Positions 12,401 to 26,066 of a DNA stretch of 64,000 bases are shown piece after piece (positions within the stretch are counted from its first letter, which is position 1; every line of letters begins with the position of its first letter). The position numbers and the translations under genes were made by a program. The notes under the pieces are model-generated. The model made no database searches. It saw only the letters and a program-made list of their open reading frames with translations, and was not told the origin of the DNA. The stretch comes from Mytilus californianus. Its lineage: Eukaryota. The stretch is taken from assembly GCF_021869535.1 (NCBI RefSeq), contig NW_026262679.1, forward strand, positions 83,328,001 through 83,392,000, given 5' to 3'.

Positions 12401-13670
12401 TCCTCGTTTTAGTATACTATATACCTGTGTGTGACAAGAATTGACAAGGGTGAATCGGACTGCGAATGTTTATTGAATTCATTATCCGCCGTTCAGACAT
12501 TCCTTGCACCTTACTCTTTCATGGACCTATTCGAAGTCAACCCTCCGTGTGCCGACAAAATTTACAAAACTGATAAACTGCTAAATGTTTTACCGTCCTA
12601 AATTTTATTCAAATATTTGACATTGTACGTAAGAAAACAACTGCTAGTTACTTCTAGCAGTTTTCATGGAGATTGAATTCTGTACTATATATTTGCCAGC
12701 CATCAGCTTGTTATTAGGGCGTCAGTATTTGATTATATGTAATAAAAGAAAATAAATCAATCATGTTTTTCCTCGTGTATAGCATATTATTACAAGTTGT
12801 CCAGTTGTCAAACATTTGCAATATAATGTGTCGTCAATATATATGTACGTTAAACTTACAATGAAACAAGGAAATTGTCAGTATAACATGCTTGTAAATG
12901 GTGTTTACCATATTCGTCCACCTGAGATATCGTTACTTACCAAAATCTATCGATATATTGGAGGTTCCAAGTTTTGTCTGTATTTTCTGGACAATATTAC
13001 TTATCTTCGAACCAGCTTCAAACGAATTAGCTTCTTTTAATATCTCGTCGTTATCATCAACTTCTTCCGTGTATTTTGAACATCTCTCATAAAATCTGGT
13101 TTTCGTATTATCTTCTTTTGCTTCGGGTGTGGTTCCACTGCTTGGAGATGTTTCGTTTAATCCTTCGTAAAAGTATTTAAAACTAGATTTTGTTCGATCT
13201 CTATAAGATGTTGCGAATTTTACTTGTTTGAGTTTTCCGTCTAATAATACTTTAAACCTGGTTCCGTATCGTTTGCCTAATCTCTTCATTTCATCAACTC
13301 CAAGGGAACTTAGAAGCCCCTCTTGGCTCTCCAGAAATGGATTGGTCCACTTATTCATAAACGGGTACTTAGAGAGAATAGCTGCATTAGCTTTAAGCTT
13401 AGAATGCAAAGCTGTTATTCGTTTGATCCATTTCAAGGTAGGAAATCGAGAACCGTGCCTAAGTAATATATTCAGGCCTTCCAGTTGACAATTTTCCCCG
13501 TTAAGAATTGTTGTACTGAATTCATTTTCTTGAATAACGTCTGATATATTCCTAACCCAAAAATAAGGAGTTTTCGTATTGAACAATGGTTTCTTAAACA
13601 GATTATCACTATACACAAAAACAAAGCAGAAAATGAATTTTAAAATAACAATTTGCAACAAACACGCCAT
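9069..13670 (-). CDS. MINPP1: MINPP1 paralog A, complete, 458 aa: join(13670-12941, 11286-11165, 10138-10023, 9477-9069)
   Basis: Signal-peptide-like N-terminus, RHGSRFP active-site motif, CAFEL..WC..F (exon 2), YYKTGYGYPINW..C (exon 3), FGHQDT (exon 4). The exons sum to 1377 nt = 459 codons with an open frame. Hydrophobic C-terminal tail. Confidence 0.93.
10023..10138 (-). CDS. MINPP1: MINPP1-A exon 3 (116 nt; GC donor)
   Basis: ctttcag|GAA TAC TAT...AAC AG|gcaagt; encodes EYYKTGYGYPINWKQTCPYTSYLFERFEEAVTNSEKPN. Confidence 0.88.
11165..11286 (-). CDS. MINPP1: MINPP1-A exon 2 (122 nt; not in the ORF track)
   Basis: tttcag|AT GAC GTG...TTA GAG|gtatta; encodes DDVFVIHQICAFELGLNGQSDWCQFFNIDDLRVISYWDDLE. 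Confidence 0.93.
12941..13670 (-). CDS. MINPP1: MINPP1-A exon 1
   Basis: ATG at 13670; RHGSRFP; ends TTT G|GTAAGT (phase 1). Confidence 0.95.
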
Positions 13671-14214
13671 CCTTCAGTAAATAAAAGCACTTCACTGACG
13701 CACAATATAATTATTTAACATTTGACATGTCTCAATTTAATTTTCTTTGCCGTATGTTATTGAGACTTTGCAATGTAATGCGTCACCACACATCTTGCCT
13801 CGAGCATCGTACAAGAAGTTGTAAAAATTACCTTGACCCTAATATATTATTTTGACATGAAGGTGGTTAGGCTACCTATGGTTTTTAATGCATCCTTCTT
13901 TTTTGTGACATCAGTGTATGCCTGTTGTAATAGAAATTTTCTGTTACGTACATCTGGGTTGATGTCGTTACAGATTATCAATTTACATCCGAAGATATCA
14001 TCCGAAAATTAGCATATGCATGCATACAATTGATTAACCTTATTTTAATCATGATCATTTATTCCTTTGGAATTGCCTCCTGCTAGTCATTCAAAAACAC
14101 AAAAAAATGAATTATTAACATAAAATTTATCAGCAACCTAACTCGGGTTTCAAAGTCATTGTGAAACTACCTATTCAAAAGGTGGCGTGAATTAGATATG
14201 GATACTAAAAAATT

Positions 14215-14850
14215 CCAAAAATCTTTCATCTTGGAATAGTATTAAAACACTTTTCTACACTTTACACAAGTATTCCCCATTCCAAACTGAAAGACAAATT
14301 GAAAGAGTTGGTCCCGCTTTGTTTCGTAAAAATGAATGGCCAACGTGGATACAAGTATCTTGTCGTAGGGAGGGATAAATCGTACTGTGTAAAAAATCAC
14401 TCTGATTCAAGAAAAAATATTCTCTGAAACTGACATTATCAAGATGTTTGACTTTTTGATTGACAGCAATTACATTTGGAGGACATGTTTTTAAACAAAC
14501 AATCGGCATTCCCATGGGAACCAACTCGTGTCGACTTGTTCCTTTATTCATATGATTCTGACTTCATACTGGAAGAAAGAAAAGAAGTTTGCAGTATCCT
14601 TTAACTTCACTTTCCGCTATATAGATGATGCTCTCTCACTATATGATTCAAAATTTGGTTTGAACGCATCTATCCAATCGAACTTGAGATAAAAGATACA
14701 ACAAATACAGTTAAGTATGCCTCGTATCTTAAGGTACATCTAGAAATTGACAATGAGGGTCGGTTGGAAACAAAACTTTACGACAAAAGAGATGATATCA
14801 GCTTCCCAAATTGGCAATTGTGAACTTTCCATTTCTATGTACTAACATTC
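14215..14850 (+). mobile_element. Degenerate Penelope-like RT fragment
   Basis: FSTLYTSIPHSKLK from 14251, QTIGIPMGTN, FRYIDDALSL and KLYDKRDD, with frameshifts. Followed by a ggagcaggatctgcttaccct-family tail to about 15170. Confidence 0.8.
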
Positions 14851-15242
14851 GATCGTAACTACATCCCGTCCCCTTTTCCCCGAATGTGACCTACCTAATT
14901 AGACTTATCATCGGGTTTGTACTTACACGAGCAACACGACGGTGCCACATGTGGAGCAGGATCTGCTTACCCTTCTGGAACACCTGAGATCACCCTCAGT
15001 TTTTTGTGGGGTTCGTGTTGCTCAGTCTTTACTTTTCTATGTTGTTTTTATGTACTGTTGTTTGTTGGTTTGTCTTTTTCTTTTTTAAGCCATTGCGTTG
15101 TCAGTTTATTTTCGACTTATGAGTTTGAATGTCCGTTTGGTGTCTTTCCCATCTCTTTTATCATAGAATTCTGAAATATAAATCAAGTTTATTTAATCGT
15201 AAAAATTGATCATTTATTTAGTTGGTCTATCGAGCTCGATTA

Positions 15243-15632
15243 AATGTAAAACAGTTGAACCTGGTCTTATCTTACGGAGCCTATGATTACCCCTACTATA
15301 TATGTCAAACCGTTAAAACTGGACCCATCCTACTGAGCTTAAGTAGCCCTACTCTACGTGTCAAACAGTTCTAATATTACTTAGTCATGATAGTAGCCCT
15401 ACTTTATGTGTCGAACAGTTAAAACTGGTACAATATTACTGAGCCTAAGTGCCCCTACTCTATTTGTCAAACAGTTAAAATTTAGTACAATCTTACTGAG
15501 TCTAAGTAGTTTTACTCTATATGTCAAACAGTTAGACCTGGTCCAATCTTACTGAACCATATTAGTCCCATTCTATATGTCTAAAAGTTAAAACTGGTTT
15601 AATCTTACTGAGCCATAGTAGCCCTACTCTGT
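15243..15632. repeat. Diverged minisatellite, unit about 56 bp, about 7 copies
   Basis: Recurring gtcaaacagttaaaactggtacaatcttactgagcctaagtagccctactctatat. Confidence 0.85.
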
Positions 15633-16436
15633 ATTAACCTCCCTTTTCTTCTTTAAACTTTATTCACATTGTGAGTATATAATGTAGAAAAAAGCACATG
15701 GTGATAATGCCCAACAAAAGAATTGTAAACCGATGCCATTAATGATATGGAATTTCTTTTCATAAAATATATATAACGCCAAATTCTAACTTCAAACCAA
15801 CAAGAAATTTTTATATAAAGCAAAAACTCTTCGTTGTCTTTTTACAAACGCACGTGTACCTACATGAATGATATGTTCGAGTAATTTTTGCTAAGCAATT
15901 ATACTTGTACATGTATATCAAAAAATATATTACCGTTTGTGTCTTCGACCTGACTTCAACGTTCCATGCGAAATATATATAGTCCAGAGGGCTAAAATGA
16001 TTTTTATTTATAAAAAAAAAATCTCAAGACCAAAATTGATTGATAGTAGCTATTAAATGTTCAAACCGTAGTAATATTTTTCTCGTAAGGCTTTTTAATC
16101 AGCCAAAGAACTAATATTTGTTCCAAAAAAAAGTCAATATGTTTATGTATTTTTTTCTAATATAGCGGTATGATGATATTAAGAATTACCTTTTAAGCAA
16201 ATTCCTAAATTTGTATGCAAAAAAACCCGAAAGAACTCATTTTATCTAATGGAAATGTCGAAATAGTGTTCATGTACAACCCCATTAAAAGGCCTCTGAC
16301 AGATTTTTATTGCGTAAAATCATTGTTATCGATAGTCATTGACAAATACGATATATGTTATTGTTCGGTAAAATAAACAACTACTTGATACGCATATCTA
16401 AGCTGTTATGAATTTCATCCTATGCTATTTACTTTC

Positions 16437-16800
16437 CTATCCAAACGCTGGTTTGTGTGGATCATTTTGACATATTTGGTCAAAATTACAGTCTACCAGT
16501 TTACTGTAGTATTTCTTAAAATCACTGTATCCACACATTGTCTTCCCACAAGCCGGTATAATTACTGGATCTTCGTTGACAAACATTTGAATCACGTGAT
16601 CACTGTTTCCGTCACATTTGTACAAAGCGACTGCTAAATTTGCCGAAAACGGTCCAATAACAGCACCGTGAAATGTTCGGTTTTTATTAGCATCAAAGTT
16701 ATTTGCCATCAGTGGATCAGCATCGTGAAATAGACCAAATGCTGTATAAACTGGAACTATTGTCTCGCTATGGCCAAATGAGATATCCAACTGTGGAATT
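16437..16800 (-). CDS. MINPP1: MINPP1-B exon 4
   Basis: ttccag|A ATT CCA CAG TTG GAT...; FGHSETIVP, IGPFSANLAVALYKC. Confidence 0.93.
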
Positions 16801-19800
16801 CTGGAATTAGCAGTATAAAGTCATACTAACAAAGTTGCATGTAAATAAAAAAAGAGGCTTCCAGGAGCCTGTATCGCTCATCAGGCATTTTTTGCCAAAA
16901 TAAAAAATCGATGTAATGCAACAAAATTATTTGGTGAAAATTTTAGGAAGGTAGATCATGACATTCTGAGCATTTTTGTCCCTGTCAGATTTTCTCTTGT
17001 TATTATTGTTTAAAGATAAATGACAATTAATGCATTTTACCATTATGCTTCATTGCCAACATGGCGGCCAAGTTTGATGACTGAACAAAAATAATTTATA
17101 CTACATACCCTCATGCACTCTAACTTTTGATGAAAATTGTTCAGTAGTTTCAGAGGGGAAGATCTTTGAAAAAGACTACGATGGACACGAAAATTAGTAA
17201 AAACCGTTATTCTAAGGACAATAACTCCTTACTGAGTCATCCGATGGTTTCGGGTCAATTGACATTTTTGGAGATCTTGTATTGCCGGCCATTCTGCTTT
17301 AACTGTATCTCCCTATTTAATATAATTTTTGAGATAAAGGCAAAAACATGAAAATTTGCCCAAAATCGTCATTTAAGGGCAATAACTCCTTGAGGAGTCA
17401 TATAAAAATTTGGTAAAATGAGAAGTAAGTAGAACCTGACCTTGTGAGCATGTTTGACCCCACAGGTTTTCTCTTTCTAGTATGGTTTACAAGATGCAAG
17501 ACAAGTAATGCATTTAACCCCTATGTTCTATTATTAGCGATGGCTGCCATTTTTTTTGACCGACGGGGGAAATCACAAACTTTATACTAGATACCATAAA
17601 CATGAAATCCCCAAAGTTTGGTTGAAATTGTTTCACAAGTTTCAGAGGATAGGATATTCGAAAAAGTTTACGACGACGACGGACCCCAAGTGATGAAAAT
17701 AGCTCACGTAGCCAAGTCACGAATCAGATGAGCTAAAAAGAAACAACTTGACAAAAATCTTAAACACCGACCTGTTTTACAAGTACAAAACATAAATGCT
17801 TTTTTTTTAAACGGCCATTTTACTTTACAAATATGTGTGGTCTATATAAATTTATGATATATTTATTGTAAATCCTGCATCGTTTTTGTGAACGATAGTA
17901 TTACAATTATTGTGCACCCAACAGATCATTTTAATGTCCTCTAATTCGCGGTCCACTGTCTTGTTATTTCCAAATAATGAATTCCAATATCTATTATCCT
18001 GTTGTCAAGGTATAAGTTGTGCAATATGTTCATTTTTTGTCCGCATAATACAATGAAATGCACTTGGCTTTCAAATATTTGGAAACATACTTGGCTTTCA
18101 GCATTCATGATGAAGATAAATACAAAAAAGTGCCTCGAACGCATACAATTTATCGAGTGTTATTCTGAATTTTTTAATGACTACTACCGGAAGTCCAGTA
18201 AAGAACTTCTGCTATAAAATTGTCAATTTCAAATAGAACCATAGACAAATGTCTTTTATAAAAGACTTCCTTAAAATATCTTTATCTGTAGAAAAAAATA
18301 AAACCCTATATAATAATTTCTTTTTCTCTATTTCTTTTCTTGTAGGAATCGCGTGTTCCTCCAATACTACTTAAATAGACAGCTAAATTTTCACGTATAA
18401 GCTCGATTCACATAAAATTCAAAAGATATATTATAATATCTAACGTGGACATAAATTTTGAAACATTTATGCTATAGACTCTTTATTTCTTACTTATTAT
18501 GCTGCAGACTGGCAGTTGAGACGGTATGGTCGAACGTTTTAAACATGTACGAAGTAAATGGACAACTTTGTTTCCAGTTGATAGGGTAAGCGTATCCTTG
18601 TTCATAATAATCCTACAATAAACAACATATAATTGCTTAAAATCATATATTTTCGCGAAATAAATGGTATTTCAAAACAGAAGTATTTATTGATTAAGTC
18701 ATTTTATATTGTAATACTGCTTGATTTATTGATTGATGGTCGATTGATGGACGCTTTTCGTCACAAAATTACAGAAATATTCTGACCGAGAACAAAAACA
18801 ACAATAAATATTTGGAGTGCTTTGTTATACGTATAACGGCTGAGTTGGTTTCGTAATTTTAAGTGATTGTGACTGTAGCATGAAAGTAACTGGAATAAAA
18901 AATTGATATTTATGAGTAAATTTAGGTTTCTGTAACTGCGAGTGTTAATACGATCCGAACTCTATGTCTTATTTCGTTTATTTGTTTTGTGCTTAGTATC
19001 GACCTGTTGAGCCAAGCTCTTTCCAACTGTTTTTTGTATTTTTTTTCACAAGTCAGAGTGTTGTTAAACAACTGTTCCAGGTTAGGTGAAGGGTTGAACA
19101 CTCTGTAACAAACATATTTAACAAAACATCTTTATGTTCGTCCATAGCCAGGATCTTGTATTCCATTAGTTTCCGTCTTTCTGACCGTGACACGTGTATA
19201 TTTCGTTTATTGTTGTATAAGTCAGGCCGTTGACTTTTTTTTAATGTTTTCTCATTTTGTCATTCTAGGAATTCAAAACTTACTATACTGCATGGGTACT
19301 GCTCATTGTTGAGGGGTACGGTGGTCTGTAATTGTTCACATCTTTGTCTTTATGGGCATTTATATTCTTGAATGTAAAACTATAATCAAAAATACTTACA
19401 TACCCATCGATCGCTAAACTATACAAAACATAAAAGAAGAATGTGTCTGAGGACACGAATGCCCCCGCTCAAGCTTCCTTTTCAAACGAAAACGGAAAAG
19501 ACGGAAAGACGGAAAGACGGAAGGACGGAAAGACGGACGGTCAAGTGCAACACTTAATGCCCCTTCGCCTTTCGGCGGGGGCATAAAAAGAGTATTCAAA
19601 TTTCCGACTCACAAAAGATAGAAAAGTACTTACCTCTATATTTTGCAGGTAGTCAATGACAAGAAGGTCATCTACGTCAAAGAGTTTACACCAATCAGAT
19701 TTGTTGAAAAACCCCAACTCTAACGCACAAATTTGGTTAACAACAACCACTTCAACTAAAAATATAGGAATGGCAAAATGTATAACTTTCACTATTTCTT

Positions 19801-21310
19801 ATAACATTATCTACAGAAACACACAATACAATGACAAAGGGATGCATACGGTATAGATATATATATGTTGTCCGTCCGCCTGTAAATATCTACAGTCAAT
19901 ATCTTCTCACAATTTAAATGGGCTCAGTCTGACTTGTATCTCTTTTTTGTGTAGTATTTGTGTGTATCGTGTATTTGGTTTCTGAATTTATTCAGGAACT
20001 AACTTACTCAAACATCCTTGTTGGCTTTCAACTTTTCGAGTTTGGGCGTTTCTGCTGAAGGTTTACACCACAACAAAGTGTTACATTTTATTTTCATCAT
20101 GGTTTCACGGATTGGATTAGGCAACATTAGAAGACGATTCCGCCATGAGATATACAATCGAATCAATCGAAGGGGACATTTTGTTTGTTATACATATTAG
20201 TAAGATCCATAACAGAAAAGTAGCATTGTTTAATCTGTCTGCATCTAAAAATTATTTGAGGAAAATGTATTTTGTTTTATTATAAGAGTGCTGAAATATT
20301 TCTCTAAAATTACATCCCCGCACACACACACACTCGCAATCTCATTAAAGAAACACACGAACATACCTCATTGTAGTTAAAAAGGTTCACCACTAACAGT
20401 TACTGCCGAAAAATATAACTATTTTTTTATTTCCCTTTTATTTCCATTTTATTTTAGTTAAGGAATTCGACTTGAAATGTCTGTACCTTTCAGAAATATA
20501 ATTGTAAGCCGTTTAAGAGTATCTTCTCACATCCTTCTACTGAAGAAAGCATTGCATACTCAAACCTAATGACTAAATTAGCAATATTATACCTGCAGAC
20601 AAGTTGTAAAATCCTAGCTTAGTCTCAACTTTTCTGATCACGTTTGTCATCTCCTTGCCACGAAGAAAGGCTTCGTACTCAGTGGTAGTGTTATCATTGT
20701 CTTCCACTTCTACACTGTATTTGTGACAGTTATCGTAGAATCGAAGTTTTTCGTCGTCCACTTTAGGCTCTGGTTCCTTTGTATTAGTTTGAAAAGTTTT
20801 GTTAAGTCCTTCATAGAAAAATTTGTAACTGTTCTGAGTTCGGTTTTTGTGAGTAAATGAAAAGTTGATATGATTCAAGTTTCCCTGTAAGGAAGATTTA
20901 AATCTTTTTGCAAATCTATCAGCGAGTCTTAACATTTCGTATTCTCCGACAAGACTTAGGGTCCCCTCTTTAGCTTCCGGGAACGGATTGGACCATAGCT
21001 TAATAAATGGATACCGGGAAATCACATTCGAGTCGCCTCCTAATTTGATTTGCAAAGCTGTCATCCACTTAATCCACTTTATAGTGGGAAATCTGGCTCC
21101 GTGTCTAAATAAAACATTGAGTCCTTCTAGTTGACATGTCTGGCCGTTATGGTTTACCGTATTATATTGATTTTCTGGTATACTTTCAGTTGGATCCTTC
21201 ACCCAGAAATAAAGCGTTTTTGTATTGAACAACGGCTTCATGAATGATTCATTTCCTAGCACAGTTGTACAAAATAAAAACATATAAGCAAAATTAGTAC
21301 ACGGCTTCAT
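16437..21310 (-). CDS. MINPP1: MINPP1 paralog B, complete, 440 aa: join(21310-20593, 19755-19634, 18612-18494, 16800-16437)
   Basis: First in-frame ATG at 21310 (MKPCTNFAYMFLFCTTVLG, signal-like), RHGARFP, FGHSET. All introns GT-AG. The exons sum to 1323 nt = 441 codons. Ends QNDPHKPAFG with no hydrophobic tail. Confidence 0.93.
16848..17739 (-). mobile_element. HINE-like element (tttagctcacct family) in MINPP1-B intron 3
   Basis: On the minus strand it starts tttttagctcatctg and ends gatgagcgatacaggctcctggaagcctcttttt (subTIR plus aggct/agcct stem-loop). Same termini as 57746-59429. Confidence 0.65.
18494..18612 (-). CDS. MINPP1: MINPP1-B exon 3 (119 nt)
   Basis: ttgtag|GAT TAT TAT...AAT AA|gtaaga; encodes DYYEQGYAYPINWKQSCPFTSYMFKTFDHTVSTASLQHN. 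Confidence 0.93.
19432..19589 (-). mobile_element. Short pearl/HINE-like element with an ACGG-type microsatellite
   Basis: atgcccc/ggggcat subTIRs, a gacggaaa repeat run and a terminal gtgtc...gacac hairpin. Same termini as 37274-37836. Confidence 0.65.
19634..19755 (-). CDS. MINPP1: MINPP1-B exon 2 (122 nt)
   Basis: ttttag|TT GAA GTG...ATA GAG|gtaagt; encodes VEVVVVNQICALELGFFNKSDWCKLFDVDDLLVIDYLQNIE. Confidence 0.93.
20593..21310 (-). CDS. MINPP1: MINPP1-B exon 1
   Basis: RHGARFP; ends GCA G|gtataa (phase 1). The ORF-track start at 21346 is TTG. Confidence 0.93.
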
Positions 21311-22139
21311 ACTGAAGGCAGAGCGATGTAACAATATAAATGGCAACGTCTGTGTAAAATGGGTTAAATTCTATCTTCACTATAGTTTTAACTTTATTTT
21401 AGGATAATAAGGAATATGGGTTCACTTTTGATACTATCAATATACTAGTATCTATGCAGTATATCTCTAATCAAACATACTTTAGTCATCTTGATTGTTT
21501 CAAGGACAACAGCGAGTTATATTCATCACGTCTATCAATTTAGCCACATTCTAAAACGTGTTTCTTTTAAAAATTATTCCTCGAAAACCTAAAAATATTC
21601 AAATGTATGATGGAGTTTTTACAAATCGTGGCTATTTATAATAACAGAATAGTATGAGTGTTCAGACAGTGCCAGTTCAAAAGTCTTCCTAACACCTTTG
21701 AATTGTTTCTGCATGATATAACATCTTTTGCATCATAAGTTTTTATATACCCTTACAAGTTTTAGTGCTTATTTCATTAGACCATATGAAAAAGTATGTT
21801 GTTTGCCTTCACTTTCGTTTCACTTTTCCAAAGACTTCACAAATCTTCAATGTACTATGTGTTTCGTCAATGTTTTTTACTCAACGCATACAGTTTCCTT
21901 ATTATTGCTTAAAAAAGATGACATTTTATTTTTCTTTAAATGAAACTATCTAATTTGTCTCGGAGAGAAAAGATGAACAACTAATAAACTGAGGAAAGCA
22001 GCAGTAAAGAAGCATCTACTGTTACGCAAGCTTTACGCCCAGAAGTTATTGAACCAATGGTTCCAAGTTGTAAATTTGAAGTCATCCTTTGAAATTTTTA
22101 GGGACGCCATCACTAGTTGGTTGACTGTTATATAATATC

Positions 22140-24510
22140 TATGTCACAGATGACCAAGTACATGTATATGTTTCCATTGTCGTAACCACAGTACCGTCCT
22201 CTTTTCCTCGATTGTGAATCACCGAAAGAGACTTATCAACGAATTTGTACTTACCATGAACAACATGATGGGTGCCAACTGGAGCAGGGTCTGCTTTCAC
22301 TTCTGGAGCACCTGAGATTACCCCATGTTTGGTGGGGTTCGTGCTGCTCCGTATTTAGTTTTCTATGTAGAATTTTATGGACTTCCTTGTCTTTTCTTCG
22401 ACTATCTTTTATCCCATGGCGTTGTCAGTTTCTCTTCGACTTATAATTTTTGAGTGTCCCATTTGTATCTTCCGCATCTTTTTTTCTCTATCCGCCATAC
22501 GAGTTCAAAATCAGGTACAGGTCCTATAATATAATACCTGACAGGAACATTATGAAACAGAATTTCTAAATCGGTCCATTAGTGAAACGAAGGATTTTAA
22601 CAGAAGGTATATTTCTTACTATGAAAAGTCTTGATAATGTCATATGGACGCTGCAGTTGTGGATATGTGGAATTTATGATATAGTTATTATTTTACTAGC
22701 TAGTAAATTGAGAGACATCCATATACTGTAAATCAACCAGTCCGTGATGGCGCCCGTAGAAATCGAGCATTTGCCTGTCATTTCATTCCAAGATACTGAG
22801 ATGCTGTAAAAATCAACCAGTTCGTGGTGGCATCCGTTGAAATCGCGCATTTATCTGTCATTTCATTTTATCAAGTTTGAAGATGACTATATTCCTTATT
22901 CGATTTGTAATTATGTTTAATGAAAAAAATAGACATTGATTATTTTCTGTTTTTAATTTGTGGTATTTTATCAATAGTTCCGATCTAATATAACGTGCAA
23001 TAAAATCCTCATACCTTTGTTCGGAAAAATAAAAAAAAATGAATAATGGCCGTACTTCAGCTCGGTTGTTAATTTTGTCATAAAAGTAGTATTGATCATT
23101 GCTAAAATCATCAGAACATTTTATGAATAGGATGGCATTAGATGTGGAATATTGAATAACAAAAATGTGATACAGGACCATTGCTTTAGAACATTTAGTC
23201 ATAGGAATATGCACACAAAAAACCCAGATTTTATTGCTTTACGATCCTATAATAGTGTTTGAATCAATACTTTAAGGGAGAAAAATACTTTTCATCAAGA
23301 GCATTTTCAGTATTAATCTGAAATCATGTCACTAGTAAAGCAGGATCTGTTTGCTCTTCTGGAGCACTTGAAATTATCAAACTCAATAAGAAGATGTGGT
23401 ATGAGTGCCAATGAGACAACTCTTCATCCAAGTCACAATGTACAACACAGAGCCTTGGCTCACACCGAACAGCAAGCTATAAAGAGCCCCAAAATGACTA
23501 GTGTAAAACAATTCAAACAGGAAAACCAACGGTCTCATCTATATAAAAAACGAGAAACGAGGTACACCTATGAACCACATCAACAAACAACAAGCACTGA
23601 ACAACAGGCTCCTGACTTAAGTCAGGTGCATAAAAATGCAGCGGGTTTAAACGTTTTAACAGGCGCCAACCTTCATCCTAACCTGAGACAGTAGTGTAAC
23701 ATTACAATATAAAAAGACACACTATAAAATATCAATTGAAACGGCTTAGCTCCATCAAAAAGACATTTAAACAAAAACAAGTAAACATACACTGAACGAA
23801 TAAGTTTGATCTATGACACAATATTAAAACGTAGGTGCCTATATAACATTGACGTTACAGTTAGTAAAAAAGAAAGATGTAGGAAGAGTGTCAAAAAGAC
23901 AAAGTATATTTGTTCCGCCTAACAGAAGTTCCTCAGTTTAGAACTGTTATTAAAAACGCTATCATTATGAAAATAAGGAGATGTGGTATGATTGCCTATG
24001 AAACAACTATCCACCATTTATAATATCGGTTTCTTTTGGAAAACATATTGTATACCCTTATTCCGTTAGGAACAAAACTGTAGTATTTCTTCCAGTGGAA
24101 ATGATATTTTAGAATATTCCTTCCCTTGTGAACTAATATTATAAAGGAACTATTATGCCATGACAAGATAAATCACAGGTTTTGGAGGCTCTCGTTTTGC
24201 AGTCTTTAGTTTTGTGTGTAGTTTTTTGTAGACTGTTGATTGTCTTTGTGTCGTTTTTCTTGTCTGTTTTCCGTCGACTTGTGATTGTTTGCCTCAACGA
24301 GTTTGTACTTACATTAGCATCATGACGAATACCACATGTGGAGCAGGATCGTTTACCCTTCCGGAGCACCTGAGATCATCCCCGGATTTTGTTGGGTTCG
24401 CGTTGCTCAGTCATTATGTTGTGTTTTCTATACTGTTTGTCTTTTGGTCGTTTTTCGGTTTATTCTTCCAGTTTGTCATCGACTTATAAGTTTGAATATC
24501 CGTTTGTTAT
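22140..24510. repeat. Cluster of dispersed ggagcagg...ggagcacctgagat and gatgtggtatga family repeats between paralogs B and C
   Basis: Copies near 22270-22480, 23335-23790, 23975 and 24330-24510 match the copy at 14940-15170. They account for the short ORFs here. Confidence 0.6.
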
Positions 24511-25459
24511 CTTCTGCTTTTCTTTTAGTATCGTCTGCCCCTTTTTAGATAGAAGGGAACTAAATAAGCTTATGAATGAGCTATCTGTTGTTTTTCATCT
24601 TTTTGTCTTTCTTTTGTTATCAACCCCCGGGTTGTTCGTGGGGTTGATTTTTCGTCTTTTTATTTCCCTTTTCTCCAAGAATAATCATATTTTGTGCTTT
24701 TGCCAATGAAACACTGTCCGTCAAACTGACAAATAATGGCATAAGTTAGAATAAATTCAGGTGCAAGGATGAATTTAATTATTTTATTTTATATTTATAA
24801 CAGTAAGGAACAAATAAGCGAAAAGAGGGGCACAATTAGTTTCCGTTGGAATACCAATCACTTTTTCGGTACACTCTATCTCCAAAACGAACATGATTCT
24901 TACTGTATCAAGCATGAACAATAACTTCAATCATTTCTGTTTTGTAAGAGTGCATTAATTAATGTCAGTATTTTATTTAATTGGAAAATCAATGTGTGTT
25001 GGCGTTCAAATGCGTCTATTAATCTTGAATCGTATAAATGTGTAATTATTTCTTACAGAAAACCTGAAATTCCAAAACTAATTTTCTTGAGAAAGTCATC
25101 AAAATGCAAACAAAGCAAAATAACACCAAAGCATACATTGTTGAAGGCCGTTAGGTGAACTATAATTGCTTATATCCACTTCAGTTGAACTCTGGTGAAT
25201 AGTTGTCTCATTGGCAACAATGCCACATCTCTTTACTTTTATATAGTTGTCTCATTAGCAATCAGACAACATCTCCTTATATTTATATACCGTAGATGTC
25301 TTATTTGCAAATATACAACATCTCCTATTTTTTTTTATACTATTACAATTGAAAAATTCAACAAACTGTCCATATAGAATAAATAAATATTGAACAAACA
25401 AGTTTATTCCACTGTTTAAATATATTGATAGTTTAATCAATATTTGATTGGTTGAGACT

Positions 25460-25965
25460 ATCCCACGTGTCATTGAACAAATCTTCATATTCCATTCTGA
25501 GGATCATATTCCCCTCTGAAATGTCGGGATTACTTCGTGCGCACGACGTTACGCGCGGTTAATGTACATAACGTTTTGAACTTCTTATTCTTCTTAAAAT
25601 AGCGATAGCAAAAATCATTATCATGTTCAAATTTATTTCAGACGATAAAACAAAAAGACTTCTAATTAAATTTTGATCCTTACTGTTTATCAATGGGTAT
25701 GCAAAAACAAGCGGATAAGAAAAAAAAATGTATGCAAAATAATATTTAATGTATTGATAGTAAACAAAGCATAGGCAGTGGAATAAAACATTCATTTCCC
25801 TTTGCCTCGGGAGATATGAAGATTTGCTCACCCTCGAAAAATCATAATTCCCTCGGGCAGAGCCCTCGTGAAATATGAATATTCTTGGGTGAACAAATCT
25901 TCATATCTCCCTCCGACACGGGAAATAAATGTATATAGTACTGAATTCATTATGACACATGTCAA
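25460..25965. mobile_element. Foldback/palindromic non-autonomous element
   Basis: Inverted arms gggagatatgaagatttgctcaccc (25809-25833) and gggtgaacaaatcttcatatctccc (25887-25911), plus outer gtgtcat/atgacac inverted ends. Confidence 0.55.
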
Positions 25966-26066
25966 GGTTGTATGTCTGGGACCGTATGTTAGAGGTCGTC
26001 TTTTAATTAGAAATATTAATCATTACTTGAATTTTTTTTGTGTGAAATAAATGATAACCAGAAATA

